DNA of 248,000 bases from Hyalangium minutum (lineage in GTDB: Bacteria; Myxococcota; Myxococcia; Myxococcales; Myxococcaceae): the NCBI RefSeq assembly GCF_000737315.1, contig NZ_JMCB01000004.1, positions 20,001 through 268,000 on the forward strand, given 5' to 3'. Made by a program: the position numbers and the translations under genes. This document shows, piece after piece, positions 1-10,728 of this stretch. A model generated the notes under the pieces. It was not told the DNA's origin. It did no database searches and was given only the letters and a program-made list of their open reading frames with translations. Position 1 is the stretch's first letter, and each line of letters starts with the position of its first letter.

Positions 1-502
1 GGAGGCCCAGAAGGGCGCGGCAGCGAACCTCTCGGCGCGCCAGGCACGAGCGCTCTTGTCGGAGGCGCTCGGCAGCGGACTGACGCAAGTTGGAGCCCTG
101 CCCGCGTCTCCGCCCGAGGCGGGATGGATGTCCCGGGTGAGCCCGCTGCCGCGCTTCTCGGAGGTGGTGGCCGCCTTGGGGAGCACGGGGGGGGCGAGCG
201 CCGGAGCGGGCACGCTGTTGAGCGGAGTTGCACCCGAAGAGCGCAAGGCGCGCCTGCTGGACTTCGTACACGAGCAGGTGAGCCTCGTCCTCCGGATGGA
301 TCGTGAGAAGATCAGCGTGGAGGCGCCGCTGCGAGGCTTCGGGATTGATTCCCTCATGGGGCTCGAGCTGCGCAACCGGCTGGAGAAGGCGTTGGGCTTC
401 CGTCTCCCCGCCACGGTGATGTGGAGCAGCCCGACGATCGCCGCCCTCGTCGAGAAGCTCCTCGAGGTCGCGGAGTCCCAACTCGTGCAGCAGACGAACT
501 GA
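1..502 (+). CDS. Type I PKS, C-terminal fragment (ACP domain); 5' end outside window
   Basis: ACP motif GFGIDSLMGLELRNRL; frame open from window start. Confidence 0.9.
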   Translation, partial: EAQKGAAANLSARQARALLSEALGSGLTQVGALPASPPEAGWMSRVSPLPRFSEVVAALGSTGGASAGAGTLLSGVAPEERKARLLDFVHEQVSLVLRMDREKISVEAPLRGFGIDSLMGLELRNRLEKALGFRLPATVMWSSPTIAALVEKLLEVAESQLVQQTN

Positions 503-521
503 GCCGCGGACAGCGGCGCGA

Positions 522-1289
522 ATGAGAGTGATGGAAAACGATACGGCACAGTGGTTGATGTTTGGAGGAACCCGGAAAGCCGCGAGGGCGCGGATCTTCT
601 GCTTCCATCACGCGGGAGGAGGCGCGTCGATGTACCGGAAGTGGGTGGAGGATCTCCCACCTGAGCTCGATCTCTATGCGGTCCAGCTTCCGGGGCGAGA
701 GTTCCGCATTCGCGAGGCCTCCTTCACGCAACTGGAGCCGCTCGTCCAGGAGCTGGCCCGGGTGCTGGGGCCTCTGCTGGAGCAGCCGTTCGCCCTCTTC
801 GGTCACAGCATGGGCGCCACCGTGGCATTCGAGCTGGCCCGCGAGCTGCGTCGGCGCGGGGCGAGGCAGCCTCTCATGTTGGGCGCCTCCGGGCGCATCG
901 CCCCCCACTGCCGCTCGCGCTTCACGCCGGTGCAGGAGCTCACGGAGGCGCAGCTCGTCGAGAAGCTCAAGAGGGGAGGCGGTCTGCCCGATTACGTCCT
1001 CAACGAGCCGGAGCTGATGGCGATGGTCCTCCCGCTGGTCCGCTCCGACTACAAGATTGTCGACGGCTACCGGCTCACTCCCGAGCCACCGCTGACCTTT
1101 CCCATTGCGGCCTTCTACGGGCTCGACGACGTGCTCACGACACCGGAGGAGATCACGGGGTGGCAGCAGCACACCACCGGTGCTTTCTCGGTGCAGGCGC
1201 TCCCGGGCGACCATTTCTTCTTGGCCAACGCCCGGCGAGAGATCTTGTGGACCCTGAGCCGGGGCATCCTGCAGGCGCTGGACAGGTGA
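522..1289 (+). CDS. Type II thioesterase (GrsT family)
   Basis: FHHAGGGAS, QLPGRE, GHSMG nucleophile elbow, GDHFF. Confidence 0.93.
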   Translation: MRVMENDTAQWLMFGGTRKAARARIFCFHHAGGGASMYRKWVEDLPPELDLYAVQLPGREFRIREASFTQLEPLVQELARVLGPLLEQPFALFGHSMGATVAFELARELRRRGARQPLMLGASGRIAPHCRSRFTPVQELTEAQLVEKLKRGGGLPDYVLNEPELMAMVLPLVRSDYKIVDGYRLTPEPPLTFPIAAFYGLDDVLTTPEEITGWQQHTTGAFSVQALPGDHFFLANARREILWTLSRGILQALDR

Positions 1290-1331
1290 TCCCTGGTGCG
1301 AGGGAGGGAGCGAGCCTCCTCCCCTCGCTTC

Positions 1332-2654
1332 TCAGGAGAGGAGCTTCTGGGCCAGCCGCACGCGCACACCGTTCTTGGGCCCCACACCCACTCCCTGGCG
1401 CACCGGCACCTCCGCTGGATCGGCCAGCTCCAGATCGAAGTTCCGCACGATCGTCGCGAGTACGACCTTCAGCTGCTGCTCCGCGAACGCGGCCCCAAGG
1501 CAGCGCCGCACCCCCGCCCCGAAGGGGATGAACTCGTAGGGGGTGAACTTGCGCTCGAGGAAGCGCTCCGGGCGGAACGTGTCCGGCTCCGGGTACAGAT
1601 CCTCGCGAGAGTGGATCATCCGGCTGAACACCGCGACACCGGCGCCCGCAGGCAGGGTATAGCCGCGGACCTGGATGGGCGCCCGCAGCTTGCGGAACAT
1701 GTCCGGCACGGGCGGGTAGATGCGCAGCGTCTCGTTGCAGACGGCTCCCAGGTAGGGGAGCGAGGCGTACGCCTCGGGGCCTGCGTCGGCGGGCAGGCCC
1801 GCCAGCTCCTCGCGGAGCTTGCGCAGGATCTCGGGGGACCGGTAGGTCCAGTAAACGCCCCAGGCGATCGCAGTGGCGGTGGCGGCGTAGCCCGCCACGA
1901 GCAGTCCCACCAGCTCTTTGCTCACCTGCTCGTTGGTCATCCCCGTGCCGTCGTCGTACTTCGACGTCATCATGAGGTTGAGCATGTCATCCGGCGCGGC
2001 CTCGAGATTGGCGCGGCGGGCCGTGAGCTGCTCGGCGATCAGCGCGTCCAGGCGTGCGTTGGCGCGCAGGTACCTCGCGTAGGGGCCAACTCCGCCGAAC
2101 TCATGACGCAGCCAACTGAAGAAGAGCAGGGCGGGCGTCGTCGCCTTCTGGAGCTCGACGAAGGCCTCCTCGAAGCGCGCGACCAGGGAGTCATCGGCCA
2201 GGCCAAAGACGTTGCGGAGGATCACCTCGCGCGTGATGCCGCGGGACACCTCGTGCATGGGGATCGTCTCACCGGGGCGCACCGCGCCCATCCGCTTGAG
2301 CGCTACCTGCTGCATCGTGCCAGCGTAGGCCCGCATGCGAGCGCCCAGGAACGGCGGCATCAGCAGCTTGCGCTGGCGCCGGTGCGGCTCGCCAACGATC
2401 AGGGGGACGGAGCCATCGCGGAAGACCATCCGCAGGTTTTCGGGCGCGAAGATCTCGTAGCTCGTGGGGTCCGCCGTGAGGACCTCGCGTGCCCCCTCGG
2501 GCTCGCCGGTGATGATCAGCGGCCCTTCCAGAGTCTTGACGGTCAGGGTGTCGCCGTAGTTCTTCCGGAACCAGGCGTAGGCCCCGACGGGATCGGTCAT
2601 GTAGCGGAACGTCTCGACGAGGGCGATGGAGGGGCCAGGGGGAAGGGGAGCCAT
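1332..2654 (-). CDS. Cytochrome P450
   Basis: ETLR (ExxR), FRPERF, FGAGVRRCLG heme-Cys motif; start set at MAPLPPGP. Confidence 0.93.
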   Translation of the reverse strand: MAPLPPGPSIALVETFRYMTDPVGAYAWFRKNYGDTLTVKTLEGPLIITGEPEGAREVLTADPTSYEIFAPENLRMVFRDGSVPLIVGEPHRRQRKLLMPPFLGARMRAYAGTMQQVALKRMGAVRPGETIPMHEVSRGITREVILRNVFGLADDSLVARFEEAFVELQKATTPALLFFSWLRHEFGGVGPYARYLRANARLDALIAEQLTARRANLEAAPDDMLNLMMTSKYDDGTGMTNEQVSKELVGLLVAGYAATATAIAWGVYWTYRSPEILRKLREELAGLPADAGPEAYASLPYLGAVCNETLRIYPPVPDMFRKLRAPIQVRGYTLPAGAGVAVFSRMIHSREDLYPEPDTFRPERFLERKFTPYEFIPFGAGVRRCLGAAFAEQQLKVVLATIVRNFDLELADPAEVPVRQGVGVGPKNGVRVRLAQKLLS

Positions 2655-2685
2655 AGCGGTCTGTCCTGTGTTGAAGCTCTGTCGT

Positions 2686-5517
2686 TTACGGTGCGGCGGA
2701 GTGAGCCACGTTGATGGGGCTGCCGCTGGGCTCGTCGCCGTCGTAGATGCCATCCAGGTTCCGGTCGATGCCGATGCGCGCTCCGGAGCCGGGTGGCACA
2801 CAGGTGTAGGTCAGCTCTCGCCCCGGCTTCGAGGCGAGCGCACGCAGCGCCTCCGCGCTGAGCGGCTTTCGCGAGCGCTGGTCGGGCTGAAACCCGGCCC
2901 CGGGGCGGTAGAGAAAGCCGAGCTCTCGCTGGGGGCCAGCGCCCTTCACCACCAGATCGCACTCCTGCGCTTCGGCCTGGGCGATCAGCAGCTCGATGCG
3001 GGGGCCCGCCACCGTCAGGTTGCTCGAGGTGAGCGTCACCTGCTGGCCCACGATAGGCGCCAGGTTGGAGGGGAAGACGAACATGAACGACTCGATCTGG
3101 CGGCGCACCACGTTGGACTCGGGGGTGAGCGGAAAGCCGCCACGCGAGAAGAGCGAGGTGAAGCCCAGGTTGCTGAAGAAGCGGAAGATGGTGTCGATGC
3201 TGCCCGAGTGCGTGAAGCCGAAGCCCCGGACCTGATCCCCCATGAACTCGTTGTTGCCCTTGAGGAACGAATCGCCGGCCAGCGCCATGCCGAACATGCC
3301 CGTCTTCTGGTACATGTTGCGCAGGTGGGGAATCTTGAGCAGCTGGGGGTTGAAGTCGAAGGTCATCCTCCCGTCCGTGCCAAAGAAGCCCGGCGCGGCG
3401 GTCGTGGGGTTGGCCTTCGGATCCAGCGCGTGGCAGCCGATGCAGGTGGCGATGGTGTTGGCGTTGCGGGTGAGGAACTCCTGGCGCCCCACCTCCTGAT
3501 CCGGCGTGAGCGAGTTGTCCAGGTTCCGGATGGGGTTGGGAGGGTAGGTGAGCTGTAGGGCGAAGCGGGTGAGCGCCTCCAGGGCGTCATCTGGCAGCTG
3601 CTTGTCGCGGCCTAGGACGTTCATGAAGCCAGCGGTCTCGCGGAACGCGGCCTTCTCGTCGAACGCGCCCGTGTCCGGCTGGGAGCTGCCCCCGCGGGTG
3701 GCCTTCACTCGCTCGCCGTGCCAGTGCATGGGCCCGGCGTTGAGCAATCCGCGCAGGGACTGCGTCGTCGTGGGGCCTTTCAGGGGGTGGAACACCGGAT
3801 CGGTGATGACTTGCCTGTAGAGGGGATTCGTCAGCGGCTCGACGACGAAGGGACCCGAGACGGGCACCACGGGCGCATCGGGGTTGCCCAGATCCCAGGC
3901 CAGGCTGTCGAAGTCGCCGTAGACGTGGCAGCTCGCGCACGCCGTGTCCCCGTGGCTGGAGCCGACGGACGCGTCATAGAGGTAGCGGCGCCCCTGAGAG
4001 ACGCTCGCGGGCTCCGGGTTGTACAGGGGGACGTGGGCCACCTCGGTCCGGCTCTGGGTGCTGATGACGGAGATGGCGTTGTCGAAGCGCGCCAGCACGT
4101 ACAACTTGCCGCGGGCCTCATCGAGCACCAGCCCGGTGGGGCCACCTCCGGGCACGTGGATCTGCTGCTTCGTGTCCGGCACGAAGGAGTCCTTCTCAAG
4201 CGCCTCGGTGTCGAAGATGCCGATCTTGTCCGAGCCGAGGGCCGCGACGTACAGCGTCTTCCCGTCGCCTGTCACCGCCATGGACTGGGGGAGCGCGAGG
4301 CTGCGGACGCTCTCGTCATTCGGCAGGGGCTCGCAGCACTTGCTGTAGTCGATGTGCTTGTTGAGGTGACGCGGTTGGGCACCCTCGGGGCCTAGCACGC
4401 TGATGCGGCTCTCCACGGTATGCCCGCGCAGGGTGTGGCCGGCGAAGATGCCGGGGCCCTCGAAGCGCTGGAGGTTGCGGGCCTCGGTGTTGGACACGTA
4501 GAGCTTGCCGCTCACCGGGTTGACGGCGAGGTTGTAGAGGATGGTGCCCGCACCGGTGAAGAAGCCCTCGGGGCCCTCGAGCTGCTGGGGCACAGGGGCC
4601 ATGGCATCGATCACGAAGACGTCCTTGTCCGGCAGCGCCAGCTTCACCTTCTCGTCCCAGGTGCGGCCTTCCACATCCACCCAGTGGGTTCCGTCGAACT
4701 GGAGGATCAGCCCGCTCTCTGGAGCGGGGATGCCCTGGAAGTTGGTGCTGGGGCCGGGCACGGCCTTGGTCCCCTTCTTGGGGTCCTTGCCGAAGCCGTT
4801 GGGGACCAGCCGCTCGTGGATGGCCGTGGTGCGGTTGCCGGAGTGGAAGGCGGCCGCATAGACACGGCTCCCGTCGGGGGTGACCGCGAGCGCGCGCGGC
4901 GTGTCGCTGAAAAGCCGGACCAGCGTCAGCGGCTCTCCTCCGAGCGTGGTGCCCAGATTGGCTGCATCGAAGACCCAGACGTCGGCGCGGCCGATGCCCG
5001 GAGTGGTGAGCTGGGGATCGAACGGTGCGTTCTGGCCTCGGTGGGCGGCGGTGATGAAGGCGCGGCGGCGCTCCGGCCCGGCGAAGACGATGTCTCGCGG
5101 CTCGTCACCGACGAGCAGGGTGCGCACCACGCGGCCGCGGCGGGTCTTCGCATCCAGCGCCACGACGCTCACACTGTCAGACAGGTGGTTGACGACCCAC
5201 ACCTCGGTGTCGCTGCGCGCGGCGACGGCGACAGGTTCCAGGCCCACCACCACAGAGGTCCGGTGGACCAGCCCGGTACTCTCGACGCTGAAGACCTCCA
5301 GCCGGTTGTCCGGCGTGTTGGTGGCGAAGAGGAGCTTTCCGCTCGGGGAGAGGGCGAGGGGACGCACCTGGCCGCTCTCGAAGAGTGTGAAGGAGGAGCG
5401 GGAGGGAGGAGGTGCGCCGTTCTTGTCCGGGACTGTGGCCGGAGCGGCGTGGACCAGCGTCGCCACGGCGGCGGCGCAGAGGAGACAGGCACGAAGGAGA
5501 GCAGGAGAACGAGGCAT
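2686..5517 (-). CDS. Secreted YVTN/YncE beta-propeller + di-heme cytochrome c domain protein
   Basis: Signal peptide, propeller repeats (VGLEPVAVAA, VGDEPRDIVF), CASCH and CIGCH heme motifs. Confidence 0.75.
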   Translation of the reverse strand: MPRSPALLRACLLCAAAVATLVHAAPATVPDKNGAPPPSRSSFTLFESGQVRPLALSPSGKLLFATNTPDNRLEVFSVESTGLVHRTSVVVGLEPVAVAARSDTEVWVVNHLSDSVSVVALDAKTRRGRVVRTLLVGDEPRDIVFAGPERRRAFITAAHRGQNAPFDPQLTTPGIGRADVWVFDAANLGTTLGGEPLTLVRLFSDTPRALAVTPDGSRVYAAAFHSGNRTTAIHERLVPNGFGKDPKKGTKAVPGPSTNFQGIPAPESGLILQFDGTHWVDVEGRTWDEKVKLALPDKDVFVIDAMAPVPQQLEGPEGFFTGAGTILYNLAVNPVSGKLYVSNTEARNLQRFEGPGIFAGHTLRGHTVESRISVLGPEGAQPRHLNKHIDYSKCCEPLPNDESVRSLALPQSMAVTGDGKTLYVAALGSDKIGIFDTEALEKDSFVPDTKQQIHVPGGGPTGLVLDEARGKLYVLARFDNAISVISTQSRTEVAHVPLYNPEPASVSQGRRYLYDASVGSSHGDTACASCHVYGDFDSLAWDLGNPDAPVVPVSGPFVVEPLTNPLYRQVITDPVFHPLKGPTTTQSLRGLLNAGPMHWHGERVKATRGGSSQPDTGAFDEKAAFRETAGFMNVLGRDKQLPDDALEALTRFALQLTYPPNPIRNLDNSLTPDQEVGRQEFLTRNANTIATCIGCHALDPKANPTTAAPGFFGTDGRMTFDFNPQLLKIPHLRNMYQKTGMFGMALAGDSFLKGNNEFMGDQVRGFGFTHSGSIDTIFRFFSNLGFTSLFSRGGFPLTPESNVVRRQIESFMFVFPSNLAPIVGQQVTLTSSNLTVAGPRIELLIAQAEAQECDLVVKGAGPQRELGFLYRPGAGFQPDQRSRKPLSAEALRALASKPGRELTYTCVPPGSGARIGIDRNLDGIYDGDEPSGSPINVAHSAAP

Positions 5518-5732
5518 GCGTCAGAGGAGCAGGACGTGGGAGCCCGTCAATGCGGCGGGGGCACCGCGGAATCTTCCTGGGAAGAGAGGAGGACTGAATC
5601 CCTCGGGGCCGAGGGGGCGTTGCCACGGAGCACGGTGCCGCGAATCAGAGACTGTTCAACAGGTGACCAAATATAGAACGATGATCATCCGCGATCCACC
5701 GTGGGGGGGACGCGCGGATCAACGAGAGGGAG

Positions 5733-7049
5733 TTGAGAGACGTGGCCTCTGGAACGGATGTGCTGAGAGCACTGGGTGACTTCGAGCGTGCGTTCTGGCT
5801 GATGGATCAGACCCACAGCGTCAACTTCGCCATCATCGCGCACGTGAGAGGAGCGCTGGAGCCTCAGGTGCTCGAACGTGCGCTCGCGCTGCTTCAGGCC
5901 CGGCATCCGCTGCTGGGCGCCCGGATCACCGACTCCGGACCCGCCTCGTTCGGTAGGGGCGGGGTGCCACCCATTCCCCTACGTGAGGCGTCCCGTGGCT
6001 CCGAGGATCAGTGGCGCCAGGAGGTGGAGCACGAGCTGAATACTCCGCTGCCCTGGAGCCAGGGGCCGCTGGTGCGCGCCGTCCTCGTGCGAGCGGCGGA
6101 GCAGAGTGAGATCCTGCTCACCTTTCACCACTCGGCGGGAGATGGGCGCTCGGGGATGTACGCGATGAGGGATCTGCTCACGTTCGCGGCCTCGCTCATG
6201 GGCGGGGCGCCGGTGGCGGCGGAAGCCGTGCGATTCCCGCCCAGCATCGAGGAGCTGTCCGCTCCGCACGTGCGAGGGCTGCGGGCCTTCGGGCGGGTTG
6301 CGCGGTTCTTGGGCTCGACGGTGCTGGCGATGAGCCGGCGCCCCGGGAAGCTCCCCTCGCAGAGCCAGGAAGTGAAGGCGCGGACCGCCCTGCTCCATGG
6401 GGAGCTGTCCCCGGAAGAGGGCGAGCGGCTTCGTGCCCGCTGCCGAAAGGAGTCGGCCACGGTCCACGGAGTGCTCTGCGGCGCCATGCTCCGGGCGGCG
6501 GCGGCCCAGCTCGACGGCCTCACCCACTCCTCCAAGCCGCGCTTCCTGAGCTGCTATTCGCCCGTTGATCTGCGGGACATGTTCCAGGAGTCCGTGGCCC
6601 CAGGCGCCGTGGGCTATTTCCTGGGGATGGGGCTGAGCTTCCACCGCGTCGACCGTTCGGCGGAGATCTGGCCCCTGGCGCGCGAGGTGGGGGAGCGCCT
6701 GCGCACCATGCGGGAGGACGGCACCATCGTCGCTGCCACCCACTTCCAGAGCCGCGTACAGAAGGGCTGGGACGTGAAGACCGCCGCGAGCAGCGCGCCC
6801 CCGGTCACCGCCGCGGTGTCCAACCTCCGGGAGGTGGACATCCCCGGCCAGTACGGCCCGCTCGCCTTGGACGGTGTCCATTTCTCCCTGGCGAGCCATG
6901 GCTGGGGAACCGCCCCTGTGCTCACCGTGGCGACCTACCAGGGGCGCATGCAGTTGAACTTCACCTACAGCCTCCCTCGCGTGCCCGAGGAGTGGGGCCG
7001 CCAGGTGTTCGAGCGCGCCCTCGGGGAGCTTCGTGCCCTGGCCGCTTGA
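5733..7049 (+). CDS. Condensation-fold acyltransferase (PapA5/phthiocerol acyltransferase-like)
   Basis: HHSAGDG (HHxxxDG) motif, stand-alone ~440 aa. Confidence 0.75.
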   Translation: MRDVASGTDVLRALGDFERAFWLMDQTHSVNFAIIAHVRGALEPQVLERALALLQARHPLLGARITDSGPASFGRGGVPPIPLREASRGSEDQWRQEVEHELNTPLPWSQGPLVRAVLVRAAEQSEILLTFHHSAGDGRSGMYAMRDLLTFAASLMGGAPVAAEAVRFPPSIEELSAPHVRGLRAFGRVARFLGSTVLAMSRRPGKLPSQSQEVKARTALLHGELSPEEGERLRARCRKESATVHGVLCGAMLRAAAAQLDGLTHSSKPRFLSCYSPVDLRDMFQESVAPGAVGYFLGMGLSFHRVDRSAEIWPLAREVGERLRTMREDGTIVAATHFQSRVQKGWDVKTAASSAPPVTAAVSNLREVDIPGQYGPLALDGVHFSLASHGWGTAPVLTVATYQGRMQLNFTYSLPRVPEEWGRQVFERALGELRALAA

Positions 7050-7071
7050 GCCCGCTGCGGCCGGGGGTGGA

Positions 7072-7497
7072 TCAGGCGATCTTCGTCGGCAGGGCCTCGC
7101 TCTTGCGGGTGCCACGCCAGAAGGGCCACGCGTCGTAGAGGTACAGCCCGAAGGGCACCAGCCAGATGACGTCGTTGGTGAGGGTGAGCACGATGGAGGC
7201 AGGGGGCCAATCTCCACGGAGGACGAGCCCGATGGAGGGCAGCCCCAGCAGCTTGCCCAGCATCCCCGCCGCGGCGGGGACGAAGCCCTGCTCAGGATTC
7301 CGTCCCACCTCCAGGTAGATGATACCGAAGCAGCCCACGACGACGCCCAGCCCTGCGAAGATGCCGGGGTGGTTGAGGGGCTGCATGCCCGCGAAGCGGA
7401 AGAGCCACTGTTGATCCACCAGGGCGTAGAGCCCCCAGAGGATGTTGTAGATCCCCGCCAGGGTGAAGGTTGCGCGGTGCAGGGCGCGCCGTTTCAT
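7072..7497 (-). CDS. Small integral membrane protein
   Basis: Four hydrophobic segments, normal codon bias. Confidence 0.65.
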   Translation of the reverse strand: MKRRALHRATFTLAGIYNILWGLYALVDQQWLFRFAGMQPLNHPGIFAGLGVVVGCFGIIYLEVGRNPEQGFVPAAAGMLGKLLGLPSIGLVLRGDWPPASIVLTLTNDVIWLVPFGLYLYDAWPFWRGTRKSEALPTKIA

Positions 7498-7594
7498 GAA
7501 GGACTCCCTTGGGTGCTGGAGCCCGCTCCGGCTCGCGAATGCCGATGACGGGGCCCAGGTGAACTATAAGTGGAATGAAGTACAGGAGAGAAAC

Positions 7595-8548
7595 GTGACG
7601 ATCGCGATCTTGGGTGCAGCGGGGGCCGTTGGAAAGGCGGTGGCTGCGGCACTTCGGCAGCGCAACATTCCCTTTCGTGCCGTGGGCCGCAACAAGGCCC
7701 GGCTGGAGGCAGCCTTCAAGGACTACCCTGGCGCCGAGCTCGTGGAGGCGGATCTCATGACGGTGGAGGGAGCGCGCAAGGCCTCCCGGGGCATGAGCAC
7801 GCTCATCCATACCGCGGGGGTGACCTACACCGAGTTCGAGCGGCTGCCGCCGATGATGCGCGCGTCCATCGACGGTGCGGTGGCCGAGGGCGTGAAGCGG
7901 ATCGTCCTGGCCACCAACGTCTATCCCTACGGCCGGCCCCGCACCTCGCCCGTGAAGGAAGATCACCCGCGCGAGCCGCACACGAAGAAGGGCCAACTGC
8001 GCAAGCAGCAGGAGGATCTGCTGCTGGAGGCACATGCCCAGGGCAAGCTGCAGGGACTGGTGGTGCGCTTCCCGGACTTCTACGGGGCGGACGCGGAGTA
8101 CAGCTTTGCCATCGGCATGGCTCAGGCGGCGGTGGCCGGCAAGGCGGCGAACCTGGTGGGCAACATCGATCTGCCCCACGAGTTCATCTACATCCCGGAC
8201 GCGGGACCGGTGCTGGTGGACCTGGCCCTTCGCGATGACGTCTGGGGCGAGGTCTGGCACTGCGGTGGGGCGAGCACCATCACTCAGCGTCAGTTCGTCA
8301 CCCAGCTCTTCGAGGCGGCGGGCCGCAAGCCGAAGTTCCGGGCGGCGGGCTCGGGGCTGGTGCGCATGATTGGCCTCTTCGATCCCTTCATGCGCGAGCT
8401 GTTTGAGATGATGTACCAGTGGCAGGAGACCCCCCTGGTGCTGGACGACTCCAAGCTGCGCGTGAAGCTCGGGAACGTGAAGAAGACGTCCTACGAGGAC
8501 GGCATCCGCCAGACCATTGGGGAGCTCAAAGCTCGGACGGCGAAGTAG
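7595..8548 (+). CDS. NAD(P)-binding epimerase/dehydratase (NmrA-like extended SDR)
   Basis: ILGAAGAVG Rossmann motif; RFPDFYG. Confidence 0.8.
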   Translation: MTIAILGAAGAVGKAVAAALRQRNIPFRAVGRNKARLEAAFKDYPGAELVEADLMTVEGARKASRGMSTLIHTAGVTYTEFERLPPMMRASIDGAVAEGVKRIVLATNVYPYGRPRTSPVKEDHPREPHTKKGQLRKQQEDLLLEAHAQGKLQGLVVRFPDFYGADAEYSFAIGMAQAAVAGKAANLVGNIDLPHEFIYIPDAGPVLVDLALRDDVWGEVWHCGGASTITQRQFVTQLFEAAGRKPKFRAAGSGLVRMIGLFDPFMRELFEMMYQWQETPLVLDDSKLRVKLGNVKKTSYEDGIRQTIGELKARTAK

Positions 8549-8643
8549 CGGACGCGCGCCCGCGTCACTTTGATCAAGGCCCTCCTGATGAAGTACGTCA
8601 ACGATTGATACCTGTGCTGACTTCCTCTCCCAATCCGGATCCC

Positions 8644-9261
8644 ATGCGCCACCACCCTGTTCAAGTTGCTCTCCTCCTCTCCGCCTCTGTGCTCTTGACG
8701 GGGCTGATCTTCGTCTCCTGCGCCACGGACAGCAGCTCCACCGCCGTGCAAGCTCAGGCTCCGCAGACCTGTGACTCGTGCCTGGCCGGAACGTGCGCGG
8801 AGAAGAGCCAAGCCTGCTTGAGTGACCCCACCTGCCGCGAGACGTTCGAGTGCGCGCAGAAGTGCGGGGACAGGGACAAGTGGTGCGTCTGGAACTGCGT
8901 CCTGGCGCGCCCCCAGAGCGTGCCGAAGTTCTTCCCCGCCGCCCACTGCACCACCAAGCAGTGCTCTCCCGCTTGCCAGTTTCCGGCGCGGATTATCGAC
9001 TCGTGCTTGGAGTGCAATGCCACCTACTGTGGCCAGGCGATGAGCGGCTGCTTCGAGAACCGGGAGTGCTGGACGCTGGTGCACTGCGTGCGCAACAACT
9101 GCCAGCCCGGAGACCTGGAGTGCGCGCAGGAGTGCATTGGCGAGCATCCGGACGGCCTCGCTTCGATCCAGCCGCTGCGTGACTGCGGCGGGGATCACTG
9201 CGCGGAGCAGTGCTCCAGGCGCGAGAACTACGATCTCCCCGATGGGGGCGCCCCGCGCTAG
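8644..9261 (+). CDS. Cys-rich exported/lipoprotein with two repeated Cys modules
   Basis: Hydrophobic leader ending FVSC; two CxxC...C blocks; PDGG linker. Confidence 0.65.
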   Translation: MRHHPVQVALLLSASVLLTGLIFVSCATDSSSTAVQAQAPQTCDSCLAGTCAEKSQACLSDPTCRETFECAQKCGDRDKWCVWNCVLARPQSVPKFFPAAHCTTKQCSPACQFPARIIDSCLECNATYCGQAMSGCFENRECWTLVHCVRNNCQPGDLECAQECIGEHPDGLASIQPLRDCGGDHCAEQCSRRENYDLPDGGAPR

Positions 9262-9287
9262 GCCGCCCCGCGCCAGGCCGCCGCGTG

Positions 9288-10682
9288 CTAGGCTGCCGCG
9301 GCGCGCCGGTACAGCTTCAGAGGCACCGTGTCCGGGCGCAGGTTGACGCCGACCACAAAGGGGGGCGGCTTCTGCTCGGTGTACTGCACCCGGTAGCGCT
9401 GCACGATCATGGCCAGGATGATCTGCATCTCCATCGAGGCGAAGTTCGTCCCGATGCACATGCGCATGCCCCCGCCGAACGGGAAGAAGGCCAGCCGGGG
9501 GCGCCCGGCGGAACGCTCGGGACTGAAGCGCTCCGGGTTGAACTTCTCGGGCTCCTCCCAGACGGCGGGGTGGCGGTGGGTGAGGTAGGGGCTGAGGGTG
9601 ATGATGTCTCCCTTGGACACCAGGTAGCCCCCGATGACGTCGTCGCTCATGGCCTCGCGGGGGAAGCTCCAGACAGGGGGGTACAGGCGCATGGACTCAT
9701 CGATGACCATGGCCGTGTACCGGAGCTTCGGCAGATCCTGCGCGGTGGGCACGCGGCCCTCGAGCACCGAGTCGACCTCGGCCTGGAGCTTCTCCCAGAC
9801 CTCGGGGTGGCTGCCCAGCAGGAACCACGTCCACCCCAGCGCGAACGTGGTGGTCTCATGCCCGGCGACGATGAGCGTCATCAGCTCGTCGCGGAGCTGC
9901 GCGTCGCTCATGCCCCCGCCCGTGTCCTCGTAGCGGGCCTCCAGCAGCATCTGGAGCAGATCCTGCGGAGGCTGAGCCTGCTTGCGCCGGGCCTCGATGA
10001 GGCCGAGCACCGCGCGGTTCAGCATGGCCATGTTCTTGTCGAACTCGCGGTTGGCCTTGGTCGGCAGGAACATCCGCAGCGGGTTGGCGGACAGGAGCCG
10101 TGCGCTGTTCTCGTGGGTGGCGCTGTACATCGCGTCCTCGAGCTCCGCGGCCCCGGGGTTGACGGTCCCGTTGAAGGCGTCACTGCTGAAGAGCGTCCGC
10201 GTGGTGATGGAGAGGGTGAGCCGCGTCATCTCCGGCATGATGTCCAGGACGGTGCCGTCGGGCAGGGCGTCCCAGTTTCGGAGATGGGCGCCCATCACCT
10301 GGACCATCTGGTCCACCAGGACGGCCAGCCTCTCGCGGTGGAAGGCGGGCTGGGCGAGCCTTCGCTGGCGTCTCCAGGACTCCCCGTCGTTGGTGATGAG
10401 CCCCTTGCCGAGGATGGGCTCGGCCCTGCGCAGCAGCTTGCTGCGGCCGTAGATGGTGGGGCGCTCCACCAGGATGTGCTTCACGTGGTCCGGGTGGGTG
10501 AAGTAGGTCACCCGGATCGGGCCCATCCGGTAGGAGATGACCTCGCCGTACTCGGCGAACCCTTGTGAGAGCAAGCCGAGTGGGTCCTTCTGCAACTCGA
10601 GGATGCTACCCAGGAGCCAGTGACCCTTGGGGCCGCTGGGCCTCCTCGGAGTGGAAGGAACTTGGGGTGCAGGCGACAGCAT
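9288..10682 (-). CDS. Cytochrome P450
   Basis: AGHETT, ESMR, FNPERF, FGGGMRMCIG. Confidence 0.95.
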   Translation of the reverse strand: MLSPAPQVPSTPRRPSGPKGHWLLGSILELQKDPLGLLSQGFAEYGEVISYRMGPIRVTYFTHPDHVKHILVERPTIYGRSKLLRRAEPILGKGLITNDGESWRRQRRLAQPAFHRERLAVLVDQMVQVMGAHLRNWDALPDGTVLDIMPEMTRLTLSITTRTLFSSDAFNGTVNPGAAELEDAMYSATHENSARLLSANPLRMFLPTKANREFDKNMAMLNRAVLGLIEARRKQAQPPQDLLQMLLEARYEDTGGGMSDAQLRDELMTLIVAGHETTTFALGWTWFLLGSHPEVWEKLQAEVDSVLEGRVPTAQDLPKLRYTAMVIDESMRLYPPVWSFPREAMSDDVIGGYLVSKGDIITLSPYLTHRHPAVWEEPEKFNPERFSPERSAGRPRLAFFPFGGGMRMCIGTNFASMEMQIILAMIVQRYRVQYTEQKPPPFVVGVNLRPDTVPLKLYRRAAAA

Positions 10683-10728
10683 ATGAACTCCTCCAGAGCC
10701 TGGGGGGAGGGAAGACAGAAGCCACGGA

